From assembly GCF_001194135.2 (NCBI RefSeq), contig NC_068982.1:107788917-107852916 (forward strand): DNA of 64,000 bases, written 5' to 3'. Within the stretch, counting starts at the first letter, position 1. Each line of letters starts with the position of its first letter. The stretch comes from Octopus bimaculoides. Lineage: Eukaryota. Below the pieces are notes generated by a model, which saw only the letters and a program-made list of their open reading frames with translations, had not been told where the DNA came from and ran no database searches. Position numbers and translations under genes: made by a program. Below, one piece after another: positions 37,200 through 50,805 of the stretch.

Positions 37200-39030
37200 A
37201 TTGATATTTCTTTTCACTAAGTGTAATTTCTGCACTGGCAATATGGCTTTTGAATATTATGTCATTTCTTGAGGTACCATTTTCAAGATTACTTAAAATG
37301 TTCTAATTTGTATGATGGATTTTCTATCACTGAATTTCTTTTCTTAATGAAATTACATATTTACTATGTAAATAATGTTAAGCACTGTTTTTGCTCCATG
37401 GATTAAAAAAGAAGACAATGAATTTACCAATGATGGTATGATGACGTAATTAACTTTCAATAAAGCTATCATCAGTTGATGGAATTACAAACTATTGAAA
37501 ACCAAAACAAAAAAATCATTAAAATAGGACATGATGTAAACTTAATTCTTGGCTCATATTCACAAGAATTCCTGGACCTGCACTTTACTTTTTTGAAAGG
37601 TTGGAATATAAGTGCAATTTCCTTTTTGACATTGGTATTCCTACAATTCAAAGTTTCTTTCAAATGCTAAAACATGACCATATATTTCAAGTAAAAGCTC
37701 ATTTTTTATTCCTTTGACATAGTAAATTCAAGTTATTTAAAAGAGATGTAATATCCACAAGGAATTCTAAGGCAGCAGGCCAATCAAGATCATGAAAATG
37801 TGTAGCATTCATATTTTTGCTTTCAAGGAATATTGCTGCTACTTCATGGCCCACTTAACCTTTTTGTTAAAATGGAGTAAAATGCCTAGGACTACCTCAA
37901 GTTGTCTGATACTAGCTTTCTGTTTTGAAGTGAACTAAAAACTTTCCATTGAAATTTCAAACACCAGATTAATAATGACAATATTATTTTACTAAATTCT
38001 TCATTGCAGAAACTAGTCATGACTATATTTTGCCTTCATATCCAACAAAAGCTGATGAAACTAATAGATTTAATCTACCAAATAAGATCTGATTCACTGT
38101 CTTCACAATAATATCTATGATGTTCTCTAGTTTCAAAGACTATGCACATAATACCTCTTGATGTACAACAAAATAGATTTTAATCAATTTCTATACAATT
38201 TGCCCTGGCAGTAAAGTCATGATACATTTTTCTGTCACACCAGTGTTGGTGCCTCATCATTTGTAATGCCATTTAGCATCAACATATCATGTTTATTTCT
38301 GACATGATTTTCAACAAATATCTGCTTCAGTAACTTAACCTTCCGTAAAAATTATTTGAATAACCTCTTCAAAAATTCTAAAATTTAAGGTCACTCTCCT
38401 CACAAACCCTACAAGTTGAACAGAATCTTAAGTTTGTACTCTCATCAAACACAATTGAAAAAAAGGAAAAGAAAAAAGAAAATCACAATACATTGTAAGC
38501 ATGCTTTAAACAAGTTTTAACATCTGCTGACATTTCTCATTTCTTCAACTCATCATGTGACTGTTCTTGCATATAACCTGATAGATGCAAATAAAGACTT
38601 TTCCTTTCTTTTTTATTATTTTTTTATTCTTTGCAGAATAAACTATATTCACTGCTACCAGTAAACATCTTTGACAAACTCTCTAGCTGTAAAAAGTTTC
38701 ATCTTTTCTGCAGCACATTGTAAGATTTTGTGGCTGACATGAATATGCCTTTTTACACTTTCTGTCTAACACAAAAAAAAAACAAAACAAAAGCCAGCCT
38801 TAAATCGAACAGCATCATTCTTTGCAGTTAAAATATCCATAATGGTGGTTTCATAATATCATCCAATATTTGCCACCTTCTTCATAGCAATATTTTCAGG
38901 ATAAATGAAACTGATTTCCCAATATGCTCCATGGTGAAGTAATCTAGGATCCAAGTATCTCGAAAACAATAGTACTCAGTGTCTGCTTTCCAGCATTTTG
39001 CATCCAATGATTTTTTTTTTTTTTTCTTCT
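37200..39030 (-). pseudogene. Decayed hAT (Buster/SPIN/GTF2IRD2-like) transposase
   Basis: Ordered minus-strand motifs: FRDTWILDYF (~38966-36), ARTVT..VEEM (~38550), FSIVFDESTN (38461-32), LNGITNDEAP (38277-48), HQEVLCA*SLKLENIIDIIVKTVNQI (38163-086), IFLESK..W...FLVDITSLLNNLNL (~37820-20). Confidence 0.8.
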
Positions 39031-40561
39031 AAATTTTATTCCAATATTAACAAGTATCATGGCAGATATATCTTGTCCATCCGATATCCCGTTGCTACAA
39101 AATTTATGTCAAAAAGTCACATGATAAACCAACTAATGCATTGCCCACCAAATTCAGCATGCACAGAAAAGGGGGTGATTAGTCCGAAAAATTTCTAGCA
39201 AATCATTTGCACATACATTGTACTATTAGAATAAATTACATTTTCTTCTTTTGTCAAATATTTATTATAAATGTCTTGTTAAAACAGTAACAGTATTTAT
39301 ATTTGCAGATTTACATGATTCCAACCCCAAATCCTTCACACTCATGGAGATTATCTACACATATTTAATAAGTTGATCCTACTTTCTAAGATTTTAATTA
39401 ACTAGTATTTTGTTTGGAACAAACAGAACCTTGCACCAATCTAACTATGCACCATTCATGATCAATCAATGTGGCTGTATGAAACAGGTGCAATGTATCC
39501 CAATATTTGCTTAGAGGTTGATCACAATTCTTTTGCAAACCTGCTACAAAGTAATCAAAAAGTGTCAAGTTTTTGGAGAATCAAGTCTGTCAGTCTAAAA
39601 TATTTGTGTCGTGATTATTAAATTACATTTGTAAACATTTGTTTAGTTTATATTAGTGATTTTACATTAGTGAAACCATACAAAGTAAATAATTTGTAGT
39701 AGGTCATAAGATAGAAAACTAAACTCTGACAAATGTTATCTAAAAGTTCCACCAATTGGGTCATATTGACATTCATTATTACACAGAAAGAATACTTGAA
39801 AATCAGTTGATTGGGGTTATAAACAAGATTAAAATCAATTTGTGAATCCAGCTATCTACATAGTTGACTTAGTTTATAGTTTCTATGCCAATGATACTAT
39901 TCAGGTCCTATATTATAGCAGCATAATGTATTAGATAGGCAGATCAGATGTTTAAAGACATGTGGTAAATCATTTCAGAAATGACATCACGAACGTAGTA
40001 AAACAAATTTTATAATGAGTAAGGAAATATAGTTTAAAATAGGCCAGAAAATGTATAGTATTTGCTAAAAGCAGCAGAGTTTCATTCAGAAAACCAATTT
40101 TTCAGTGAACTATAATGTCAAATCAATCCCTTTGAAGCATAAACATGAATTTCAAAGACAATATACCAAGTAGAAGCAGCAGATTCACAATCAGAAAACA
40201 AACCAAAATGTTATTTTAACTAAAGCAATATACTCAGAAAACAAAGATGAGAACATGGTTCATACTTATGTTTAATGACTCATAGAACTGAGTTCAATAA
40301 GAAAGCTTTCCATTACCAAATAGTATAGCAGGAGAGCTACTCCTGTACATGGATTAACAGCAGATGCTCTAAGAACTATCCATTAATAGTAAATACTTCA
40401 TGAGAATGGATATTTATAAACAACAAAAGTATGCTTTCTCTAGTAACACACATCCAATTAATCTAAAAATGAACATTTTACAATGAACATCTCATTTGAA
40501 TCAACAAAGAATAAAAATAAATGTTTCAGTTTTCTCTTTTTCAAAATGGATTTACCCCAAA

Positions 40562-40699
40562 ATATACATATATATATATGGGAGAATGTACGAAAAATCA
40601 ACAACGGACGAGGACAGGTGGTGTAAACAACAAAAGGATGTATTAGCATGACGCTCGGGAATACGGAAAGTCTTTAACGTTTCGAGCTACGCTCTTCAA
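40562..40699 (-). mobile_element. Probable Penelope pLTR fragment of a third family with a partial minimal HHR
   Basis: Minus strand reads ttGAA-GAGC-gta-GCTC-GAAACGTT-aaagac: stem II, GAAA and palindromic ACGT present. The 5' CUGA core is missing at a (TA)n tract. CpG-rich relative to the flanks. Confidence 0.5.
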
Positions 40700-40862
40700 T
40701 ATATTTATATACATATACATATACATATATATATATACATACATACATACATACATATATACNNNNNNNNNNNNNNNNNNNNNNNNNNNNNNNNNNNNNN
40801 NNNNNNNNNNNNNNNNNNNNNNNNNNNNNNNNNNNNNNNNNNNNNNNNNNNNNNNNNNNNNN

Positions 40863-40886
40863 GCCACACTTAAGTGGCAATATACT
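40863..40886 (+). mobile_element. Terminal fragment of the same family as the 10.6-kb and 17.5-kb elements
   Basis: gccacacttaagtggcaatatact matches gccacatttaggtggcaatatact (10.76 kb) and gccacatttaaatggcaaatatact (17.76 kb); followed by (TA)n and preceded by a gap. Confidence 0.55.
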
Positions 40887-41060
40887 ACACTATATATATA
40901 TATATATATATTTATATTTATTCATATTTTTTTCATTTTATCTAGTTTTAGCTCATGATGATCTATTGTTACAGTCATCTGAAAATAGCATTTTTAGTTT
41001 TGTATGCACAGAATCATGTCAAGAAATTGTACTAACGCATCAATCATAGAAATGATTTAA

Positions 41061-41598
41061 CCCTTCAGAATTTATACCAGCAACCCAAATATGCTAACCA
41101 ACCAGATCTAGCCTCTCGTGCCTATCCTACAATATCATTCTAAAAATAATCATATCATTGAAGTCTTGAAGCTGCAAGATAATGCAGGATTAATTTAAAA
41201 TAATTGTGGCCGTTGCCAGTACCGCCTGGCTGGCCTCCGTAGGATTTTTGAGCAAGATCGCTGCCAGTGCCCCTGGACTGGTTCTTGTGTGGGTGGCACA
41301 TAAAATGCACCATTTTGAGCGTGGCCGTTGCCAGTACCGCCTGACTGGCCTTCGTGCGGGTGACACGTAAAAGCACCCACTACACTCTCTGAGTGGTTGG
41401 CGTTAGGAAGGGCATCCAGCTGTAGAAACTCTGCCAAATCAGATTGGAGCCTGGTGTTGCCATCCGGTTTCACCAGTCCTCAGTCAAATCGTCCAACCCA
41501 TGCTAGAATGGAAAGCGGATGTTAAACGATGATGATGATGATGAATGTGGATAGATAAGCATTAGATCTGACAGAGTAATCGGAATGATAAAGAATTA
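41061..41598. mobile_element. piggyBac-type MITE (27.3-kb family) split by an RTE-tail insertion at about 41207-41545
   Basis: TTAA|CCCTT start. 41085-41200 and 41546-41598 are collinear with 27251-27462. The insert ends in (GAT)n. Confidence 0.65.
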
Positions 41599-42740
41599 GT
41601 TCTGAAAATTTCAGTTCATCTCCAGGACAGTGTCACACTGACAAGCAGAGGGTTACACTGACAGGTGTGCAATGCACTGGGTCACATTGATAGCAAGTGT
41701 GTAGTGTCACACTGATGAAAAGAAGTCAGTCAAGCAGAAATGCATATATCTGTAGATAAAGGTTAAATTCAGGTAAGTATTCTATAGTAAATTTTAAAAT
41801 AACATCAGAACACTATCCTGAGTCCTTAAGCTAATAACAAGGTTTTGAAATGCTAAAGAAACGAACCTAATAATAGCTGCAAAACACAGTTTTTTTTTTA
41901 ACAGATAGAAGATATAAGCCATTACCAAATGTTTTTCAACCTGCAACGCTAGTGCCAGTGTCATATTTACAACACTCAGACAAACTTTCAAAAGCAAGAT
42001 TATTACAGATGAAGCTATAAGATTTTGGATTGTTGCCATTTGAAAAATATTAAAGACACTGCCTCAATCAAATGACAGTCATTGCAAATGTCATACGTTA
42101 AATATGGACTCAAGCACAATGATGTGATCATGAAGTTTACTTTGAAAGTATGTCATCTCAGGTTCAATCCACCGTGTAGCATCTTAGACAAGTGTTTTCT
42201 ATCCATAACTGCAAGTGCACCAAAGCCTTTTGACAAACATTTGGTCAACAGAAATTGTGTGGGAGTACATAAGAAGGAATGTTCCTGTTCTTTAGAGGCA
42301 GTCTTAATCCATCACCAGATCTAATCACACACAACCTTGGGTACTCTAAAAGTTGAGTCCACTATCTTGCAAGTATACGGGCCAGTTCTCCAGTTAGAGT
42401 TTGGCTTCCTCTTTTCTTTCCCGTCGTAACTTAATGAACAACTTAGTCCTGAGATAATTCTCCAATAAGACAAAACAAAGTGGTTGGACTGCATACTTAT
42501 TTTAAAGTATGAAAATTTAGTATAAATAGTACTAGTTTTAATAAACCCACAATATTTCTAGCTTCAAAATACTAACGCAAGTTTGCAAATTAGAATGTAC
42601 TTCATGATTTTTATGGTAATTATTACGGATTCAGAAAATAAACCCTCAGACTAAAAACAGCGGATTTCTGCTAAGTGTTATCTGACATTAAAACAAAGAA
42701 AATATTTTTTTAAACCGCTAAAGTACAAAAAATAGTGTTT

Positions 42741-42780
<40 letters not shown>

Positions 42781-44118
42781 NNNNNNNNNNNNNNNNNNNN
42801 NNNNNNNNNNNNNNNNNNNNNNNNNNNNNNNNNNNNNNNNNNNNNNNNNNNNNNNNNNNNNNNNNNNNNNNNNNNNNNNNNNNNNNNNNNNNNNNNNNNN
42901 NNNNNNNNNNNNNNNNNNNNNNNNNNNNNNNNNNNNNNNNNNNNNNNNNNNNNNNNNNNNNNNNNNNNNNNNNNNNNNNNNNNNNNNNNNNNNNNNNNNN
43001 NNNNNNNNNNNNNNNNNNNNNNNNNNNNNNNNNNNNNNNNNNNNNNNNNNNNNNNNNNNNNNNNNNNNNNNNNNNNNNNNNNNNNNNNNNNNNNNNNNNN
43101 NNNNNNNNNNNNNNNNNNNNNNNNNNNNNNNNNNNNNNNNNNNNNNNNNNNNNNNNNNNNNNNNNNNNNNNNNNNNNNNNNNNNNNNNNNNNNNNNNNNN
43201 NNNNNNNNNNNNNNNNNNNNNNNNNNNNNNNNNNNNNNNNNNNNNNNNNNNNNNNNNNNNNNNNNNNNNNNNNNNNNNNNNNNNNNNNNNNNNNNNNNNN
43301 NNNNNNNNNNNNNNNNNNNNNNNNNNNNNNNNNNNNNNNNNNNNNNNNNNNNNNNNNNNNNNNNNNNNNNNNNNNNNNNNNNNNNNNNNNNNNNNNNNNN
43401 NNNNNNNNNNNNNNNNNNNNNNNNNNNNNNNNNNNNNNNNNNNNNNNNNNNNNNNNNNNNNNNNNNNNNNNNNNNNNNNNNNNNNNNNNNNNNNNNNNNN
43501 NNNNNNNNNNNNNNNNNNNNNNNNNNNNNNNNNNNNNNNNNNNNNNNNNNNNNNNNNNNNAGAGACTAATTGTTGTTTTTTTACTTTTTTAAAATTTCGT
43601 TATGAAAGAAGCCTTCCTGACAATCATTGGTTAAGCATATTTTTGTCTTTTTTTTTTTTAGAATTGCATACCATTAAGAGAGAGAGAGAGAGAGAGAGAT
43701 TAAATAACAATTTCTTATCAAATTTCGCTTAAGACTGTGACAGCCGTTAAATAACTGAAGAAAAACGGTATACAATATTACAATATAATAAATAAAAATA
43801 AACATATACAACGTCAGTGATACGATATTTTCGCAAAATAGTGTAATGCAGTAGACAAAGACTACAAGAGTGAACAAGTAAAACACGTGAACCATCGTAG
43901 ACAAAGCATTGAGGCAGCATGGAAGGCTAGACATAAGCAGTTGTAGAAATAACGTGAAGGCACAACAGTGGCAATGCACAATTTTTCATGTACTCCATAC
44001 AATGCATGTGAACTTGGGTTCAACTATGAACACACGCAAATCAACGAATAAGGCGTTAAGAAAAAGATTATATTGATATTTTTATATATATTTATTATAA
44101 TGTTATTTTAACAGTATG

Positions 44119-44155
<37 letters not shown>

Positions 44156-44569
44156 NNNNNNNNNNNNNNNNNNNNNNNNNNNNNNNNNNNNNNNNNNNNN
44201 NNNNNNNNNNNNNNNNNNNNNNNNNNNNNNNNNNNNNNNNNNNNNNNNNNNNNNNNNNNNNNNNNNNNNNNNNNNNNNNNNNNNNNNNNNNNNNNNNNNN
44301 NNNNNNNNNNNNNNNNNNNNNNNNNNNNNNNNNNNNNNNNNNNNNNNNNNNNNNNNNNNNNNNNNNNNNNNNNNNNNNNNNNNNNNNNNNNNNNNNNNNN
44401 NNNNNNNNNNNNNNNNNNNNNNNNNNNNNNNNNNNNNNNNNNNNNNNNNNNNNNNNNNNNNNNNNNNNNNNNNNNNNNNNNNNNNNNNNNNNNNNNNNNN
44501 NNNNNNNNNNNNNNNNNNNNNNNNNNNNNNNNNNNNNNNNNNNNNNNNNNNNNNNNNNNNNNNNNNNNN

Positions 44570-44605
<36 letters not shown>

Positions 44606-44606
<1 letters not shown>

Positions 44607-45240
44607 GTCGTTGTCGTGGTTTTACTTCCGCTTCCATGCTGGATGTGATGGACAGTTCATTGCAACTTTCCTAGAAGAGTACATCTTGCTACAAGTTTCA
44701 TTTTTGGTTCGATTTCTACGGCTGGGTGTCCTTCCTAACGCCAAACCATTTCGCAGAGTGTACTGGGTGCATTTTATCGGGGCCTCAGTAGTAGAGAAGA
44801 TAGGGGCGAGAGAGTGAATGGATAGCAAGAATGAATAAATAGCGAGTGAATGATGGCTGTCGATACTAAATCGCCAATGGAAGGGAGGGTAGGAGAGTAT
44901 CAGACGTATATTTATCTGATGGAGTCCCTTAAGATGGTGATACATTAGGGATAATGATGAGAGAGAGGCTGGAGCACTGGAGAGAGGGACAGATGGGTCC
45001 CTGGGAATCTTAGTTACACTAGAAGAAATATATTTGAACCGAAGAGATCTACTGCTATTCTCACTCACATCAGTACCATAGTACAGTGACAGTCATCAAG
45101 AGATGAGCAATAGGAACAGGAGAGCTAGAGACAAACGTGTTAAAAGCAAAAGCGTTAGACAAAGGTGACAGTGACATAGATTATAGACAGGTCAGTGATA
45201 AGAGGGGTGTGCGATAGATATGTAATATTACAGAGATGAG
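44606..45240 (-). mobile_element. Retroelement fragment with RTE-type 3' tail
   Basis: ggtgtccttcctaacgccaaacc and ttccatgctgg tail motifs; purine-rich body loosely resembling 58.9-59.3 kb. Confidence 0.5.
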
Positions 45241-45899
45241 AGGCTATGAAAGAGACCAAAGATGCAGCCTTGGCTTTATGAGTATATATGCAAATACATA
45301 TGCATATACATGTGTGTGTGAATGCATACATGTTTATACATATACACAAAATGTGAACATGCTTCACCTTATATATTACACACACACATCCACCCATAAA
45401 CAGATGGATGGACTACTCGTTTCAGTGGTGAGAATTTGGTTGTTTAATCAAATAGTTCACCTGCTCATTAAATTAACTTATAAGTAGCTGTAAGCATTTA
45501 ACAAATATGAATATCTCTGGTATAATTTTCAAGCAGAGACAGCATGACACAAGACCAAACCTTTGAATTACAATCCCTCCAATAGGTTTCTATACAATTT
45601 CTATCTATTCAGTTTCACTCACAAAGTAGGAATCAGCCCAAGGCTGTAGAAAGTGACATTTGCCAGAGATGTCACAAATGAGAGTGAACCCAGGATCTCA
45701 TGGTTGCAAAGCAAACTTCTAAACCATTCAAATATACTGCATCTATACACATGCACGCGTGCGCACACACACACACCTATATTTGTACATAAATTTATAT
45801 TTTTAATTGCTGGATCTGAAAAGGCAATGAAGCTGATGCCATGAATGTTCCTATTAAGCCTCTGTATGTCAAAGCCTGCAGGAAAAGTATGGGCAAGGA

Positions 45900-47540
45900 G
45901 TTATTGAGGGCCAGTGTTCAGGTAAGGAAGGACTGTGCATAGTGATTAGTGTAAGACCTGGAGGCATGGACACAAAGATAAGAGGAGAGATGAATAGGAG
46001 AATACTTGAGTGGAGGAATATGAACCATCCAGCTCCTATGAGTAGAGGCCATTATAGAAGTGATAGAAAAGGCAGAGAGAGAAGACAGTGTGTCAGTGGA
46101 TCAGAGGTTGGGGTCTGTAAGTGGTTTCATGCCGATCAGACAAGTGACCCTTTTCTAAACATGGTTTAAGATGTCATCCCAGATGTAAGAGCAATACTCC
46201 ATTGTGTGCCTCTCCTATGATAATTGTAGGGGGATGAAGTCTTCCTGCCCCAAAGAAAAGAAGCAGTCCTAAATATGCTAAGGACGTGCTCTCCCAAAAG
46301 AAACATCCTTAGTAGTAGTGGGACGCAACAACTGGAACAATTTTGAGAGCTCTGAGTGCTGCTCATGATTAAGAAGAGAGTGGTCTGGTGGTATTTTCTT
46401 GACTTGAGTAGTATTGGTGCGGTTTTGTTGAAAGAGACAAGACTTGCCTATTCCCATTGGGGGATACTTCTGAAGTCTCTGTTCATGGTGTCAGTGTTGG
46501 TTTGATCCTGTAGATTTAGAGGTTATGAGTGGATAATAAATGATTGAAGAATGTTAGGTAGGAAAGCAAAGGTAGTGTCTTCTGTGAAAGAGAGTGTATT
46601 GTTGCATGGAAAAGAGTGAGGGATAAAACTGAACCCAAGGGTACACCAGAGTTGATAGAAAGTGAACAGAAAAAGCATGTGTGAATAGTGCAATTTAATA
46701 GGAAGCTACCTATCCAAGAGATGAGGGAAGAGTGGAATCCCTAGATAGGCCGTTTCAGCAGGAGATTCACATGCCAGATATAGTCAGAAGTTTTGATGAT
46801 ATCAAGGGTCAACATTATGATCAGCAAATTTCTCCAAAGTAAAAGTCTACCGATGGGTGACAAAGGAGAGTAGGTCACCAGTGAATATGGCCTAACAGAA
46901 ACCATACTGGTGGCCATCAAAGTGGGGAGATAGATTCAAAGTGTTGGATGATGTTGCAACGGCTGGGAGATATTACAAGTGAATGTGATAGAGCAATAGC
47001 TGGCAGGGTTAAAGGGGTCACCTTTCCCAGGAAAAAGATACACTAGTGTTTCCAAAGATTCTTGTAGAGAAAGAAAAATTGAAGAACTCAGTGAAATTAG
47101 GGTCTGGCTCAGCCTTGTTAGTTTGAAAGTAGTACTAAAAGGTATTTTCACACTTGGCATGTGCATGCAAGGTAGGGGTCCTTGAAGGATGGAAGGGGAT
47201 AGAATTGGAAATTTGCCAAGTGTGTTAAGTGTGTGGTTGGACGCAAAGCAAATAGTGAATATGGAGGCTTTTTCAACAGTGTTCATGAGCCATTATTGTT
47301 GTGAAGTGGAAGGGAAGATTCTGGAAAACTGGTAGAAATCCTTTTGATAAGGGACCCAAATGGATTGGCTACTGTTCGCATGGTAGAATAGCTTGAGGGC
47401 TGTATGATGCATAAAGAAATTGTTATGGTTCAGATAGTGTCCTTGCAGATTGAGTTTTACCAGAAACTGTGCACCTTGCTTTTTGCCATTTACAGCTTTA
47501 GGCAAAAACAGCTTCAAGCACAACTATGAATGAACCACTT
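45900..47540 (-). mobile_element. CR1/Jockey-group LINE ORF2 fossil
   Basis: KGDPFNPASYCSITFTC, DGHQYGF...TGDLLSFVTH, TLDIIKTSDYIWH and SGVPLGSVL motifs in order on the minus strand. Confidence 0.8.
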
Positions 47541-48329
47541 GAGGGACTTTAGGCTCTATATTTTAATGTGGAAGAAGAAGCCTCAAAAGAATACTTTTGG
47601 TCACCCACTTTTAGTTGTTTGGATCAAACTACTTCCTTCACTCCACCAACTTTATAGACTCCTAAGTCCTTAAACCACCAATAATTTCTTCCAACATATC
47701 TCCTCTTGCACTGAAGTTATTGTTCCTGTTCTAACACTCACAACTCCTCATGGCTCTCTCACTTATCCTACAAGTGTGCTGCCAGTGCCAAAGCTAAATC
47801 TGTTGCACTCCTCATCTCTCTTCATTAACTTGTTTCAGCCCCCCCACCTATTGAGATGATATTCTAAACACTCTTGATTTCTTTTTCATCTCCAAACCTA
47901 ATACATACCAAAGTAAAACTGTTTTGGCATTTATCAGGTCAGGTCAAGAACATCCTGTTACTGGTACTATGAACCCAATACTACCCGTTTCATAATTGGG
48001 TGGTCAATAACTAAACCAGCGTCCCCACCTGACTTGCCTTGCAGGACTAAAAACAAGACCTGTCAAACAATGGATGAGCTCACTGTGAGCCAACTGCCAT
48101 CCACACAAGGAGTATATTGTGAAAATATCCTGCATATGGACAGGCAAAATGTGCAGCTGGTCCAAAACCATGGCCACAAAAACTCTAATGAAAGCATCCA
48201 ACCATAAAAACCATGCCAAAACTGAGTCATTAAAGCACAATGCAATACTCTGATACATCAGATCTTGCTGAATCATCCAACCCATGTCAGCCTGGAAAAT
48301 GGACATACACAAACACAAATATCATCACC

Positions 48330-48830
48330 ATAAGACCATTTTTCCATACTTGCATGGATTGGACAGGTCTCTGCAACATTCTTTCACATCTTCTTTATGA
48401 GGTTCAACATTCAGAGATCAGCTTTCATAATTTCTGCTCATGTTTTTGAAGGTCTTCCTATTGTACTGGTCCCCTCCACATGGATCTCCCGGCACTTCTT
48501 GATCCAACAGACATCATCCATACTCAATATACATGCATATGGATGATAACAGATGGGTAAAGTGACAGTCATCTCTCTTGCACACAACGGTTAATTCCTC
48601 TTATATCTTGTTTTCCTCTGTGCCTCATTATAACATGCACACTCACATAACACAACCAGGAGATCGTGCTTGCTTTGTTTCTTTCCAACTTCTGTATTCG
48701 TTGCCCACATCTCACAACCATGAAGCATTGCAGTTCATACACAAGCATCTTAGAATCTACCCTTCCCTCAGAAAGAGAATTCCCTTTAATGGCCATTTTT
48801 GACCATACAACTGTCTACTGCAATAGTAGC
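48330..48830 (-). mobile_element. RTE LINE C-terminal fragment
   Basis: KLERNKASTISWLCYVSVH..IRGINRCVQER..KKCREIHVEGTSTIGRPSKT. Confidence 0.75.
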
Positions 48831-50476
48831 AGTTCTAAGACTTTTGTTTGTCTGATTTGATTTGATTTTTTTTTTTCTTTTACCTGATAAAAAAAATATG
48901 TTCTACAGTCAAAGGGTTGATGCTTAAAATTTTCTTGTAGAAGAATGTACTTCAGCTCGGTTCTTGTTAAAAGAGTTCTTGCACATGGCCGAGTATTTCC
49001 AGCTCACTACCACCTTACTATGTACAACTAGGTTGAATATTGGTATGGTATTTGCAATTAGGAGTTATCAAGTTGGAGCATTACATAGGTATGGCACTGT
49101 TTTACAGGCCGGATGTCCTCTTCCTGCGACCAACCACTTTACAGCATGAGCTGGGTGTGTTTTGTTGCACTACCAGGATTAAATATACCCTCCACAGTGT
49201 CAATTTTTAATTAGAATTACTGCTTTTCTAAGTGGATTGCCTTCACTACAGTAAAGGGAATTTCTGTCTACCTTGTGACATTTTCTAAAAGCCTATGTAT
49301 GTCCCTTTATGAATATGTGTATGAATATATTATATATACACATACATAAATATATACATATATACATACCTCATCCTCTGTATCTTTATAGGTATACCTG
49401 GAGACGAAGCTATATACTTATATATAACTATGTAAATACACACACACATCCCTTTCATGTGTGTGTGCATAGATATACATGTGAATATATGCATGTATAT
49501 CAATCATTCAAAATATATGACAGGGAGAGAGAGAGAAAAAAAATGAGAGAGCGAAATGAAAAAGGGAGAAAAAGAATGAGAAAGAGATAGATACAAACAC
49601 AACACACAGACAAACGATGTAGATGTCAGAAGTCGAAATTTGCCAAAGTACAAAGGCAGCTAGCAAACTCCTCCGTGAAACAGCATCGGCCTACACCTTT
49701 CCCATTGATAAAATAGAATCTTGGCAGATTCTCGAGAGTATACACGAGAAATTTTAAATGCTAATTTAAAGTTTAGAGTAACAGCAAAGCCACATGCCAA
49801 ACAGACGTGAACATATAAAACGAATGGAAGTTATTGTCTGCTTTTTCCTCAGAGACGGTAAATCTAGTCAACAATGTTGACAAAGAGAAAAGGAAATATT
49901 AAAAGGGTGCGGGAAGTGTGTGTTTGATGACACATCTCGCAGTGACTGTATTTTTGTCGAGAGAGAGAGAGAGAGAAATAGACTTAGACGTCTATCAAAT
50001 ATATAAACAATGAATCCAGACATATATATATATATATATTAAAAGATTGTCACAGAACGATCAAGAGACGAGTTGATGAACAGTTAAAAAAATAAAGGCG
50101 ATCAGAGGAAATTTGAATTACATAATGTCTAAGAAGGAATGATATTTTAATTAAGAATATTAGAGGGAAAAAAATAGAATGAGGTGGGTCGGGTATGATT
50201 TTTTTTTTTTTTTTTCAGATTATGATAAAATTATCCAGAAAAATGTGGGCGGTAAACACACATTATATATATATATATATTTCTATAATGAAATTGTTTT
50301 CAAGATGACAATGACTGTCAAGAAACAAAATGACAATACTTAAAAACAGTCTGTATGTGTGTGTATATGTAAATATATTTGTGTGGAGTATTGCACACCA
50401 TACATACACTCACACCCAACTGTATGTGTAGATCTATATATGAACACATGCAAATACATATTACACTAGTGTGTAA

Positions 50477-50479
<3 letters not shown>

Positions 50480-50508
<29 letters not shown>

Positions 50509-50609
50509 ATACATACACGCACACATATATATACACAAACACACATATATATATACACACACATACGTACACGTACATATATATATATATATACACACAC
50601 ACACATACG

Positions 50610-50665
<56 letters not shown>

Positions 50666-50674
50666 CACATACAT

Positions 50675-50709
<35 letters not shown>

Positions 50710-50805
50710 CACATACATACACACATAAATATACATACACAAACACATACATACACACACACATACATACACACACACACACATATATACATACACACAC
50801 ACATC
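50480..50805. repeat. Compound (TA)/(CA) microsatellite
   Basis: Alternating TA/CA/ATAC runs. Confidence 0.95.
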
